From an uncultured Clostridia bacterium (lineage in GTDB: Bacteria; Bacillota; Clostridia; Oscillospirales; Acutalibacteraceae), in the NCBI GenBank assembly GCA_937916395.1, contig CALFTN010000068.1, positions 6,373 through 70,372 on the forward strand: DNA of 64,000 nt, given 5' to 3'. The position numbers and the translations under genes are program-made. This document shows, piece after piece, positions 46,195 to 54,517 of this stretch. Under the pieces are notes generated by a model that ran no database searches, was not told the origin of the DNA, and was given only the letters and a program-made list of their open reading frames with translations. Numbering within the stretch: position 1 is the first letter of the stretch; the number at the start of each line of letters is the position of its first letter.

Positions 46195-48006
46195 TTAAAA
46201 ATTCGACATAATATTTCCTAAACCTTGTACTCCAGAAATAATATCATCAATATTTTCGCCGATTGATTGTGTTGTTGCTTCAGTTTCTGGTGGAGTATAT
46301 TCTCCGTAACAGTAAATAACAACTTTTAAATTCGCACTGATTCTTCTGTCTTCTGGAATTTCTTTCCATTCAGTTTCATCCTTCGGATAATAAACTATAC
46401 TTGTAACCTTGTTTGAATCCTCAGTGGTTTCAGCAACACTACCAACAATAATTTCTACATTCTTAAATCCTTTTTCATTGAGCTCATCATACACTTCTGT
46501 TGCATCGTTACCAACTAAATCAGGAACTTTAAGACCATCACTTACCTTTAAGGTAATTGAGCGCTTGTTTATTGAAGAAACGACTGTTCCCTCTGGTAAA
46601 TCCTGTGCAATAACTGACCCTATTTCCTGGTCGCTGTCTTCATAAACAGTACTTATTACAAGTACATCTTTATAAGTTTCATCAGCCTTAATCTCATCAA
46701 TATTTTTGCCACGGAAATCAGGAACTGAAAGATTCACAAAATCTTCTTCAGTTTCTTTAAGAGAATCTGAAACAGTTTCGTTGGAATTAGTTGTTCCATC
46801 TTCATCACCACTATCGCCCATTCCGACTATACCAATTACAACCGCAAGTAACACAGCAAGGCATACAACAATGCTTACCACAAGTGTAATTACAGTACTT
46901 TTCTTTGCACCTTTTTGCTCTGGTGCGTAATCATCTTCATAATAATCGTCGGTATCCTCTTCTTCAAAAGCATCAGGTTCAACATTTCTTACAGAACGAC
47001 GACCCGCTGCCATAGAAGAATATCCTTCAGCTGCAGAAACTGCCGCAGCAGGCGAAGCTGAGAGGTCATCTCTCAAAAGCTCTGTATTTTCAGTTCTGTC
47101 TTCAGGAAGAATTTGCAAAGCGTTAACTAATGCATTGATAACATAAGCAGGTATGATTTCTGCAAATTTACCAGGAATCATCAATTTATCATTAGATGCC
47201 CTTGAAACAGAACTCATTGGTGTGCTACCAACAAGAACTCTGTAAAGAACAGTTGAAAAACCGTAAACATCAGTCCAAGGACCCAACTCACCATCTTCAG
47301 CATATTGCTCTATAGCAGCATAGCCTTCAACAATATCCAAAGGAAGTCTACCACTATGTGCTCTTACATCATCAATACTGAAATCCGCAATTTTCACTCT
47401 GCCATCTTTACCAACAATGAGAGAATTAGGTGAAATTGCACCATGTATAATTCCATTTTCGTGAAGCACACCTAAAGCAGAAAGAACCGGCATTAAAAGT
47501 ACACGTGCTTCATCCCACAATATATATCCTTGTTCATTTTTCAGTAAATAATCTCTTAAGGTTTCACCTTCACCAAGATATTCACTTACTGCATACGCTG
47601 TTCCTAAAAATTCAAAAACATCGTAAACAATCGCAAGGGCAGAACACCCTTTAATCTGCTTAAGAGTATTCCATAATTTTGTAAATTTCGCCTTTGCATC
47701 AATAAAAGCTGCAGCCCTGCCTACATTTACAAGGCAATAGTTATCTTCACCACGGGTAACCTCACCCTTCGGAAAACATTCGCGAATCGTTACAGGCAAT
47801 TTCTTTTCTAAATCAAAACCGCAATAGGTTATCCCATCACCATTTGCAGAAATGACTTTACCTATAAGATATTTGCCACCGACAACCGTTTTGAGTGGTA
47901 AAAATGGAGCCTTCTGCACTTCTTCACTTTCATCTTTGCAATAAGGGCAAACGTTGCTGTCGCCGATTTTTCTCATACAGCGTAAACAAAGTTTCTCTTT
48001 TTCCAT
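46195..48006 (-). CDS. Hanks-type kinase-like membrane protein with degenerate catalytic motifs (predicted pseudokinase), N-terminal zinc ribbon, two extracellular PASTA domains
   Basis: CLRC..CPYC ribbon. VTIRE replaces VAIK, HGAISPNS replaces HRDxKxxN, DFS replaces DFG. One TM, then two PASTA-like repeats (VPDFRGK.., VPDLVGN..). Confidence 0.8.
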   Translation of the reverse strand: MEKEKLCLRCMRKIGDSNVCPYCKDESEEVQKAPFLPLKTVVGGKYLIGKVISANGDGITYCGFDLEKKLPVTIRECFPKGEVTRGEDNYCLVNVGRAAAFIDAKAKFTKLWNTLKQIKGCSALAIVYDVFEFLGTAYAVSEYLGEGETLRDYLLKNEQGYILWDEARVLLMPVLSALGVLHENGIIHGAISPNSLIVGKDGRVKIADFSIDDVRAHSGRLPLDIVEGYAAIEQYAEDGELGPWTDVYGFSTVLYRVLVGSTPMSSVSRASNDKLMIPGKFAEIIPAYVINALVNALQILPEDRTENTELLRDDLSASPAAAVSAAEGYSSMAAGRRSVRNVEPDAFEEEDTDDYYEDDYAPEQKGAKKSTVITLVVSIVVCLAVLLAVVIGIVGMGDSGDEDGTTNSNETVSDSLKETEEDFVNLSVPDFRGKNIDEIKADETYKDVLVISTVYEDSDQEIGSVIAQDLPEGTVVSSINKRSITLKVSDGLKVPDLVGNDATEVYDELNEKGFKNVEIIVGSVAETTEDSNKVTSIVYYPKDETEWKEIPEDRRISANLKVVIYCYGEYTPPETEATTQSIGENIDDIISGVQGLGNIMSNF

Positions 48007-48026
48007 TATAGATTTTCCACCCTTTA

Positions 48027-48572
48027 TCAGTCAAAATCAGGTCTTGGTTCACTGCCTGCATTAAGTGCATCGTGAAGACTTTGTCTTAAGGTTCTGATAT
48101 CGTTAACGCTTCTTGTGAGTGTTTCATCAGTATCTTTAATAACATTCTCAACATAAGCGCTTGCATTTCTACGCATATCATTTGACCAACGCTCTGCTTT
48201 ATCTGCAATTTCGTTAGCCTTGAGTTTTGAAGCATTAATAAGAGCCTGAGACTCTTCTTTTGCTTGTTGCATAATTGCTAAAGCTGCTTCTTTTGCCTCT
48301 TTAGTAATCTGATGCTCTTCAACCATAAGATCTGCTCTCTGACGTGCTTTAATAATGATTTCTTCTGCTGCTGCATCTGCTGCGTTAAGAATATCACGTC
48401 TTTCAGCTGCAATTTTCTTTGCCTGTGTAATTTCAACAGGCATATTAAGTCTGATGTCTTCAATAATTCTTCTGAGCTCATCAACATCTACTGCAAGCTT
48501 GCTTGAAAATGGAACACTTCTGCCTTCTTCAATGACAGTATCCATATCATTAAGTAAAGTATCAATACTCAT
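48027..48572 (-). CDS. coiled-coil protein, function unknown
   Basis: 181 aa, A/E/K-rich heptad-like sequence with good coding character. Confidence 0.6.
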   Translation of the reverse strand: MSIDTLLNDMDTVIEEGRSVPFSSKLAVDVDELRRIIEDIRLNMPVEITQAKKIAAERRDILNAADAAAEEIIIKARQRADLMVEEHQITKEAKEAALAIMQQAKEESQALINASKLKANEIADKAERWSNDMRRNASAYVENVIKDTDETLTRSVNDIRTLRQSLHDALNAGSEPRPDFD

Positions 48573-48621
48573 AAATGTACCAACCTTTCAATAAAAAAAT
48601 ATATAAATTTTATTATTAGCA

Positions 48622-49107
48622 TTATTTAGAAAGTCGTGAGATTATGTCATCACAAATTTCAACAGGGACAAATGTAGAAACATCTCCACCTAATTTACAA
48701 ACCTCTTTAACAACACTTGAACTTAGGAACATATAATCAGCACTTGTGGTTAAAAATATTGTTTCAAGCTCACTGTTTAACTTTTGATTGGTGAGTGCCT
48801 GACGAAATTCATCATCAAAGTCTGAAATAGCGCGAAGACCTTTTACTACAGCAGAAGCACCCTTTTCTCTTGCGTAATCTGCTAAAAGCCCCAAGTGACT
48901 GTCAACAGTTACATTTGGTAAATCTGTTGTACAACGTCTTATAAAATCCATTCGCTCTTCAACAGTAAAGCTACCGCTGTTTTTATTGAAGTTTTTCATT
49001 ACAACAACAATAACATTATCGAAAAGCTTTGAGGACCTTTTTATAATATCTAAGTGACCTATTGTAAGTGGGTCAAAGCTACCAGGACAAATTACGGTTT
49101 TACCCAT
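48622..49107 (-). CDS. coaD: phosphopantetheine adenylyltransferase
   Basis: CPGSFDPLTIGHLDII (T/HxGH) motif. ATG 49107 follows AGGGTGA. Confidence 0.93.
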   Translation of the reverse strand: MGKTVICPGSFDPLTIGHLDIIKRSSKLFDNVIVVVMKNFNKNSGSFTVEERMDFIRRCTTDLPNVTVDSHLGLLADYAREKGASAVVKGLRAISDFDDEFRQALTNQKLNSELETIFLTTSADYMFLSSSVVKEVCKLGGDVSTFVPVEICDDIISRLSK

Positions 49108-49108
49108 A

Positions 49109-49645
49109 TTACTCACCCTTTCTGTAAACAGTTAAAGCAATTTTACCATATTTATATCTTTTAGAAGTAAAGCCCTCTATATTTTCTGGCAAAAATTCCT
49201 CACTACCTGTTTCACAAACAATTACACCATTTTCATTTATATGTGGTGCAATTCTTTCTATTGCATCTTCCATAAGCCCTGCCTTATATGGTGGGTCTAA
49301 AAGAGCAATATCATATTTTTCAATAACCCTGTCTAAATACCCCAGAGCATCTGAACGCACAGTTTTTGCCTTTTCTCTGAAATTTGTAATTTTGAGATTT
49401 TCTTCAACTACCGCAATTGATTTTGAAGAAGCATCTACAAACACACACGAGTCAGCTCCACGGCTTAACGCTTCAATTCCTAACTGACCAGAACCAGCAA
49501 AAAGGTCTATAACCTTAGCATCTGGCACATCAAACTGAATAATATTAAAAATAGATTCTTTAACCTTATCGGTTGTTGGTCTTACGTCATTACCCTCAAG
49601 AGTGAAGAGACGGCGACCACGCTGTGAACCTGTAATTACACGCAC
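49109..49645 (-). CDS. rsmD: 16S rRNA (guanine966-N2)-methyltransferase RsmD
   Basis: RVITGSQRGRRL N-terminus and LDPPY motif. Confidence 0.9.
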   Translation of the reverse strand: MRVITGSQRGRRLFTLEGNDVRPTTDKVKESIFNIIQFDVPDAKVIDLFAGSGQLGIEALSRGADSCVFVDASSKSIAVVEENLKITNFREKAKTVRSDALGYLDRVIEKYDIALLDPPYKAGLMEDAIERIAPHINENGVIVCETGSEEFLPENIEGFTSKRYKYGKIALTVYRKGE

Positions 49646-49767
49646 AAAAACACCTCGTAATATAAAATGACATACTTACGCATTATATATAATCACTATA
49701 TTATTACACTTTTTTGAGTGATTTGTCAAGTTTTTGTGTTCAGTTGTCAGGTTTTTGGGGTTAGATA

Positions 49768-49808
49768 TTATAAAACAGGAAACAGAGCACACTACTCCGT
49801 TTCCTGTT
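49768..49808 (-). terminator. intrinsic terminator after the paralog array
   Basis: AACAGGAAAC-N15-GTTTCCTGTT with a T-run on the minus strand. Confidence 0.7.
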
Positions 49809-49834
49809 AAAATTAATTATTTAATGTTTTCGTT

Positions 49835-50476
49835 TTAATAGGCGTTTAACCTTTTATCAAACAACTCAGGTGGTATTGGCTTAACTGGAACCATTTTATC
49901 TGAAAACCTGTATTCATCTTCATACCATTTCAAAAAACTTCTAATATCATTGTCATACTTAAACCACATAGCAAGTACCAATCTTTTATCAAGTGGTTTA
50001 AGGTCTATTATACCGTTTTTTAATTCTATGGCACCACTTTTCCCATCTGTTATGTAATAATAGTCACCATCGTCTGATTTAGTTAAAAATAAAATATATA
50101 TACCTCTTTGGTCAACATACTCGTCCGCATACTCTATAATCGGCTTACCATTATCATATTGTTTAGCGAGTATTACTTCAAAATCAGGAAAATAATATTC
50201 ATCCCAATATGCAATTCCGATTAACTCTTCCACACTCGTTTCAACATTACTTTCTATTTTTAAGTGTTTCAGATTCTTGATTTTTTTATTATTAACATCA
50301 GCATCAAATGATAGCGTTGCTCCACCAATAGAACTTAATACAACACAACAATCAGATTTTGCAATTATTTCATCAAGTATTTGCATAGATTTATTTTTTG
50401 AATAAATAAAAAGCAGTATGCTTAGTGCAACACTAAATAGAGCAACCGCTACACGAACAACAATTTTCTTTTTCAT
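49835..50476 (-). CDS. membrane-anchored exported protein, paralog 3 of 3 (unknown family)
   Basis: N-terminal TM. Shared motifs SDCCV, YILFLTK..DGDYYYITDGKSGAIEL and EYRFSD. ATG 50476 follows AGGGGGA. Confidence 0.6.
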   Translation of the reverse strand: MKKKIVVRVAVALFSVALSILLFIYSKNKSMQILDEIIAKSDCCVVLSSIGGATLSFDADVNNKKIKNLKHLKIESNVETSVEELIGIAYWDEYYFPDFEVILAKQYDNGKPIIEYADEYVDQRGIYILFLTKSDDGDYYYITDGKSGAIELKNGIIDLKPLDKRLVLAMWFKYDNDIRSFLKWYEDEYRFSDKMVPVKPIPPELFDKRLNAY

Positions 50477-50515
50477 TAATATCCCCCTATTATTAATCAT
50501 CTTAAGCGTAGCGAT

Positions 50516-51136
50516 TTACGGTGCTGCTGTTGTTTCTATCGAAGAATATGTTACCTGTTTCTTTTTGTACATATTCTCAGAAAACTCATAATCCTCAATC
50601 AACCAATCATAAAAACCATCATAATCCTTAAAGAATTTCCTTAATTCTCTATTCAAACCTTTATTAAGCGGTTTAAATTTAAAATCATCAAGTTCAATAG
50701 CACCATCTTTACCACCTAACACATAATAACAATCATCTTCTTCGGCTTTTGTTAAAAACAATATGTACTGGTGTTCATTTAAAAATTTTTCGCCTTCCTG
50801 AATTATTGTTATTTCGTAAGATGGTGCATCAAATACATCTTTTTTATTATATTCTATAAAAATCTCGCTTTTTTCTCCTGCAAACGTGACTATTACTTCC
50901 TGATAAAATTTACCATCTTTCTCATACACATCTTTTAATGGTTCACTTGGAATTGCATTGCCACAAAAGAAACCAGCATAAGAGGTATCAATCCTGACAC
51001 AACAATCTGACTCATCAATCAATCTTTGAAGTGTCCATTCAGATTTATTTTCTGGATAATTAAAGACTATTACACCAACAGATGTCGCAATAATTAATAA
51101 AAATGATATTACTAAAACAATCAACTTCTTTTTCAT
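50516..51136 (-). CDS. membrane-anchored exported protein, paralog 2 of 3
   Basis: The first ~47 aa and the last ~10 aa (IETTAAP) are nearly identical to paralog 1. The middle is divergent. Confidence 0.6.
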   Translation of the reverse strand: MKKKLIVLVISFLLIIATSVGVIVFNYPENKSEWTLQRLIDESDCCVRIDTSYAGFFCGNAIPSEPLKDVYEKDGKFYQEVIVTFAGEKSEIFIEYNKKDVFDAPSYEITIIQEGEKFLNEHQYILFLTKAEEDDCYYVLGGKDGAIELDDFKFKPLNKGLNRELRKFFKDYDGFYDWLIEDYEFSENMYKKKQVTYSSIETTAAP

Positions 51137-51176
51137 TATTAATCCCCCTATTATTAATCATCTCAAGCATAGCAAT

Positions 51177-51827
51177 TTACGGTGCTGCTGTTGTTTCAAT
51201 ATTACTATAATCTATATATGGTATTGTCATATTGTTAATATCAAACTCAACACGAGTAGCTTCAACTGGTATCATATTGTCTGAAAATTCATATTCATTT
51301 ACTCTCCAATGTTCAAATTTTCCGTAATCATTTTCAAACTTCAACCAAACGGCGAAATTTAATTTCTCATCAAGCGGTTCTAAACTATCGTCTGTTATTT
51401 TTATTGCACCACTTTTTCCACCTGTTATGTAATAATAATCACCATCTTGGGCTTTTGACAGAAACAAAATATATGGTGGTCTTTCCGCTCCCAAATCTCC
51501 GGCTGTATATTCCAATGTAGGTTTATAGTCTTTAAACACCTGAACGAGAATAAAATGACCATCTGGGAAATACAATTCATCACGTTCATCTATAACTCTA
51601 ATCTCTTCTCTGTTTGAACATTCATTTTCTTTTGTTTCAACATAAGGACCAGTGTAACAAAAGTGCCACTCAACATTTTCAAGCACTACACAACAATCTG
51701 ACTCTTCAATTAATCTCTGAAGAGTCCATTCAGATTTATTTTCGGGATAATTAAAGGCTATTACACCAACAGTTATTACAAGCATTAATACTAATGATGT
51801 TACTAAAATAATCAACTTCTTTTTCAT
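51177..51827 (-). CDS. membrane-anchored exported protein, paralog 1 of 3
   Basis: Same motifs as paralogs 2 and 3. Follows the XRE gene by 23 nt. Confidence 0.6.
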   Translation of the reverse strand: MKKKLIILVTSLVLMLVITVGVIAFNYPENKSEWTLQRLIEESDCCVVLENVEWHFCYTGPYVETKENECSNREEIRVIDERDELYFPDGHFILVQVFKDYKPTLEYTAGDLGAERPPYILFLSKAQDGDYYYITGGKSGAIKITDDSLEPLDEKLNFAVWLKFENDYGKFEHWRVNEYEFSDNMIPVEATRVEFDINNMTIPYIDYSNIETTAAP

Positions 51828-51849
51828 TATTAATCCCCCAAAAACACTT

Positions 51850-52359
51850 TTAGCGTTTAAAGATTTTGTTTATCAAAATCCTTAATTTATAAATCGCTTT
51901 ATTAGAATTCATTGTTCTACCCAACAAATAAATTCCAAAAATCAATTCTACAATAGAAACACCCAACAGAAAGCCAGAAATGAAATCTCTGAAAGAAGAA
52001 CCGTCTATGCAGAATGAAAGTGCAAGCAAAGAAATACCCATTATAATAAGAAAGAAGCTGGTACTAGAATTCTTTGACTGTTTCAATTCCTGTATATCTT
52101 TAAGCATACCGAGAATTTCTTTTTCATCGTATACACGTATACTTTTTTCATTTTCTTCACCATCTAAAAGTTCAGAAACAGAAATCCCAAGCACATTGCA
52201 CAGCGTTTCTACAACGGCATAATCTGGCATACACTTGCCGTTTTCCCACTTAGAAATAGTTTTATTGCTTACACCAATTTTTTCTGCAAGCTGTTCTTGT
52301 GTTAAATTTTTTTCTCTTCTTTTTAAGGCAATGAAATTGCCTGTTGCCTGTTGGTTCAT
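51850..52359 (-). CDS. XRE-family HTH regulator with C-terminal transmembrane segments
   Basis: LTQEQLAEKIGVSNKTISKWENGK HTH motif followed by two hydrophobic helices. ATG 52359 follows GGGGGTG. Confidence 0.8.
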   Translation of the reverse strand: MNQQATGNFIALKRREKNLTQEQLAEKIGVSNKTISKWENGKCMPDYAVVETLCNVLGISVSELLDGEENEKSIRVYDEKEILGMLKDIQELKQSKNSSTSFFLIIMGISLLALSFCIDGSSFRDFISGFLLGVSIVELIFGIYLLGRTMNSNKAIYKLRILINKIFKR

Positions 52360-52522
52360 AAAAACACCCCCAAAAGTTAAGGTGACGGAAACCACCTTAT
52401 AGTTTTATTATAAAAAATCCACCCAAAATTCACATCCCCCATAAGGCGAATTTGAGTGGAATAACCATTACAACCAAGGCGAAGCCTTCCAAAATTCCGA
52501 AATCCGCATTATGCATTCCGAA

Positions 52523-52996
52523 TTAGTGGAGCTGAAAGTTCCACTCCGGCTCTCCGTCTTTTTTCATTTCTTCGTTCCAGTTGCAAAAAATCTCGAAATG
52601 CTCATCACTTAAAAACATTTTAAGGTATTCACCAAAATTTGGCGAAAGCTCCATTTTCTTTAAATCTTCGATACTTGCAAAGAAAACCTCACCCTCGTCG
52701 GTTTTATCTACCAATTCACCCTCAAAATCATTTGTTTTATAAAAATGAACAAAATATTTATCGTTGGTGTCAATATTATGCCAATGCACCATACCACAAT
52801 ATTTTAAATTACGCACAGTAAGGCCTGTTTCTTCTTTTGCCTCTCTTACTGCACTGTCATAGATGCTCTCACCATTCTCAACATGACCACCAGGGAAGGT
52901 ACACCCACACCAATATTTTACTCTTCTTTGCACTACAACCTCATGGGTTTCAGGATTTTGTATCATAATCATATTTGTTAATTCTATTTTTGACAT
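52523..52996 (-). CDS. NUDIX hydrolase
   Basis: Nudix box GGHVENGESIYDSAVREAKEETGL. Confidence 0.85.
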   Translation of the reverse strand: MSKIELTNMIMIQNPETHEVVVQRRVKYWCGCTFPGGHVENGESIYDSAVREAKEETGLTVRNLKYCGMVHWHNIDTNDKYFVHFYKTNDFEGELVDKTDEGEVFFASIEDLKKMELSPNFGEYLKMFLSDEHFEIFCNWNEEMKKDGEPEWNFQLH

Positions 52997-53011
52997 AGTT
53001 TACTCCTATAC

Positions 53012-54073
53012 TTATCTTTTACTTAAATCCTGATTAAACATCCATTCTACCCACGGCTCTGTTCCGTAAAATCTGCCACTCATTCCGTGACCAAATTCAT
53101 CCCAGCGGGTATATTTTACTGGTGCTGAAACTTTCTTTAACTGATTATAACATTCATCATCCGGCTCAACTTCTACTGTTTTGTCATCAGAAGAATGAGC
53201 AATCCATATCGGCATACTTTTGAGCAATTCAAAATTATATTCTTTCCAGTTCGCAAATGCACCCATAACAGGAATTGCACAAGCAAAAAACTCTGGATAT
53301 TTAGCAATTAATTTCCAAGTACAAACACCACCAAATGATGTTCCTGTAATATATATTCTATTTTTATCAATTGAATTTTCTTTACATAAAAGCTCAATTA
53401 ATTGCATTAGAGCTTCAAGATAATTAACAGGCTTTGTACCATTCCACATATCGCTATATGGTGCTTGTGGTATCAAAACAGAGCAATCTCTATTTAAAAG
53501 TTTTTCATCCAATCCGTGATTTTTAAAAATTTTTAATGGTTTTCTGTTATCTGAACCAAGTCCGTTACCACCATGTAAATAAATGAAGAGTGGACTATTA
53601 TCACTCTGTGATTTTTTAAATCGATAATTTATCGCCATATTATTTTCTTTGCTTATAAAAAGATATTTCTTAAAATCGCTATTTAAAGTAACTTGTTCTG
53701 CAATATGTGATTCATTTTTATGTATCAAGGTTTTATCATAGAGTTTATTATGTTTATGATAACGCCTTGAGTTAGTTATAATATAGTATTTTTGCTCTAA
53801 TAAATTGAAATTTATGTTTTTATCAGTTTTATTTAAACCATTTTGCGTAAGAGTATATAAAAAATTATCACTACCTACAATATTATAACTGTCATTTACC
53901 AATTTTAAAATTTCTTCAGTCATAACTTTACTGTAATTATTATAAATCTCAGCACAATCTTTTTCAGTAAATTCTATAAGAATATAATAATTCTTTATAT
54001 CTCTTTTTATATATGGCTTAAATGGTTTTTTATCAGCCAAAAAGTCATATAGAATAATATCTCTGAATTTCAT
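53012..54073 (-). CDS. alpha/beta hydrolase (esterase/peptidase-like) with an N-terminal extra domain
   Basis: GTSFGG nucleophile elbow, later HSSDD and GHG. Start uncertain (ATG 54073 vs 54097). Confidence 0.7.
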   Translation of the reverse strand: MKFRDIILYDFLADKKPFKPYIKRDIKNYYILIEFTEKDCAEIYNNYSKVMTEEILKLVNDSYNIVGSDNFLYTLTQNGLNKTDKNINFNLLEQKYYIITNSRRYHKHNKLYDKTLIHKNESHIAEQVTLNSDFKKYLFISKENNMAINYRFKKSQSDNSPLFIYLHGGNGLGSDNRKPLKIFKNHGLDEKLLNRDCSVLIPQAPYSDMWNGTKPVNYLEALMQLIELLCKENSIDKNRIYITGTSFGGVCTWKLIAKYPEFFACAIPVMGAFANWKEYNFELLKSMPIWIAHSSDDKTVEVEPDDECYNQLKKVSAPVKYTRWDEFGHGMSGRFYGTEPWVEWMFNQDLSKR

Positions 54074-54140
54074 TTTATCACCCAATACATCTTGCATTTT
54101 TCAATAAATATGATACAATAACAAACGGAACATAAGTTCC

Positions 54141-54174
54141 CAAGGAGTTGTTCCTACGGTAGGCGGTTAGTCTC
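54141..54174 (+). repeat. left arm of ~33-nt inverted repeat flanking the small-peptide cassette
   Basis: CAAGGAGTTGTTCCTACGGTAGGCGGTTAGTCTC matches the reverse complement of 54382-54412. Confidence 0.6.
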
Positions 54175-54253
54175 TTTTACAGAGAGACTGAACTCTCTGA
54201 TTACATAGAAATCCTTTTATGAGGAAATTTGTTTTTTGAGAGTGGTGATTGCT

Positions 54254-54319
54254 ATGAGTGAAACAATCGCTTTATTAGCTATCATTTTCTTAATCATTCT
54301 TGTTTTAAAGAGTGAATAA
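54254..54319 (+). CDS. 21-aa hydrophobic peptide (candidate type I toxin / small membrane protein)
   Basis: MSETIALLAIIFLIILVLKSE. GGTGA lies 5 nt upstream of the ATG, and a terminator follows immediately. Below the ORF-track size cutoff. Confidence 0.35.
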   Translation: MSETIALLAIIFLIILVLKSE

Positions 54320-54328
54320 AAAGAAAGC

Positions 54329-54362
54329 AACCGCCTGACTCTCACATAAGGCGGTTGTTTTC
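54329..54362 (+). terminator. intrinsic terminator after the small peptide ORF
   Basis: AACCGCCT-N11-AAGGCGGTT followed by GTTTTC. Confidence 0.6.
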
Positions 54363-54381
54363 TATAACCCAATTATAAAGT

Positions 54382-54412
54382 GGAGTCTAACCGTCTACGG
54401 AATAACTCCTTG
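54382..54412 (-). repeat. right arm of the inverted repeat flanking the small-peptide cassette
   Basis: GGAGTCTAACCGTCTACGGAATAACTCCTTG. Confidence 0.6.
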
Positions 54413-54517
54413 CTTGATTTTATTATAACACGAAAATAAAAAATGTCAACTATTTTCATAACGACCACTGACTTACTGACCACTGAGAAATGGGCGACCA
54501 AGCTTAAGCCCCTACAA

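Noticed and set aside
46195-48006. Annotating this gene as an active PrkC-type Ser/Thr kinase.
   Set aside because: The catalytic Lys, the HRD Asp and the DFG Gly are all substituted, so I call it a predicted pseudokinase instead.
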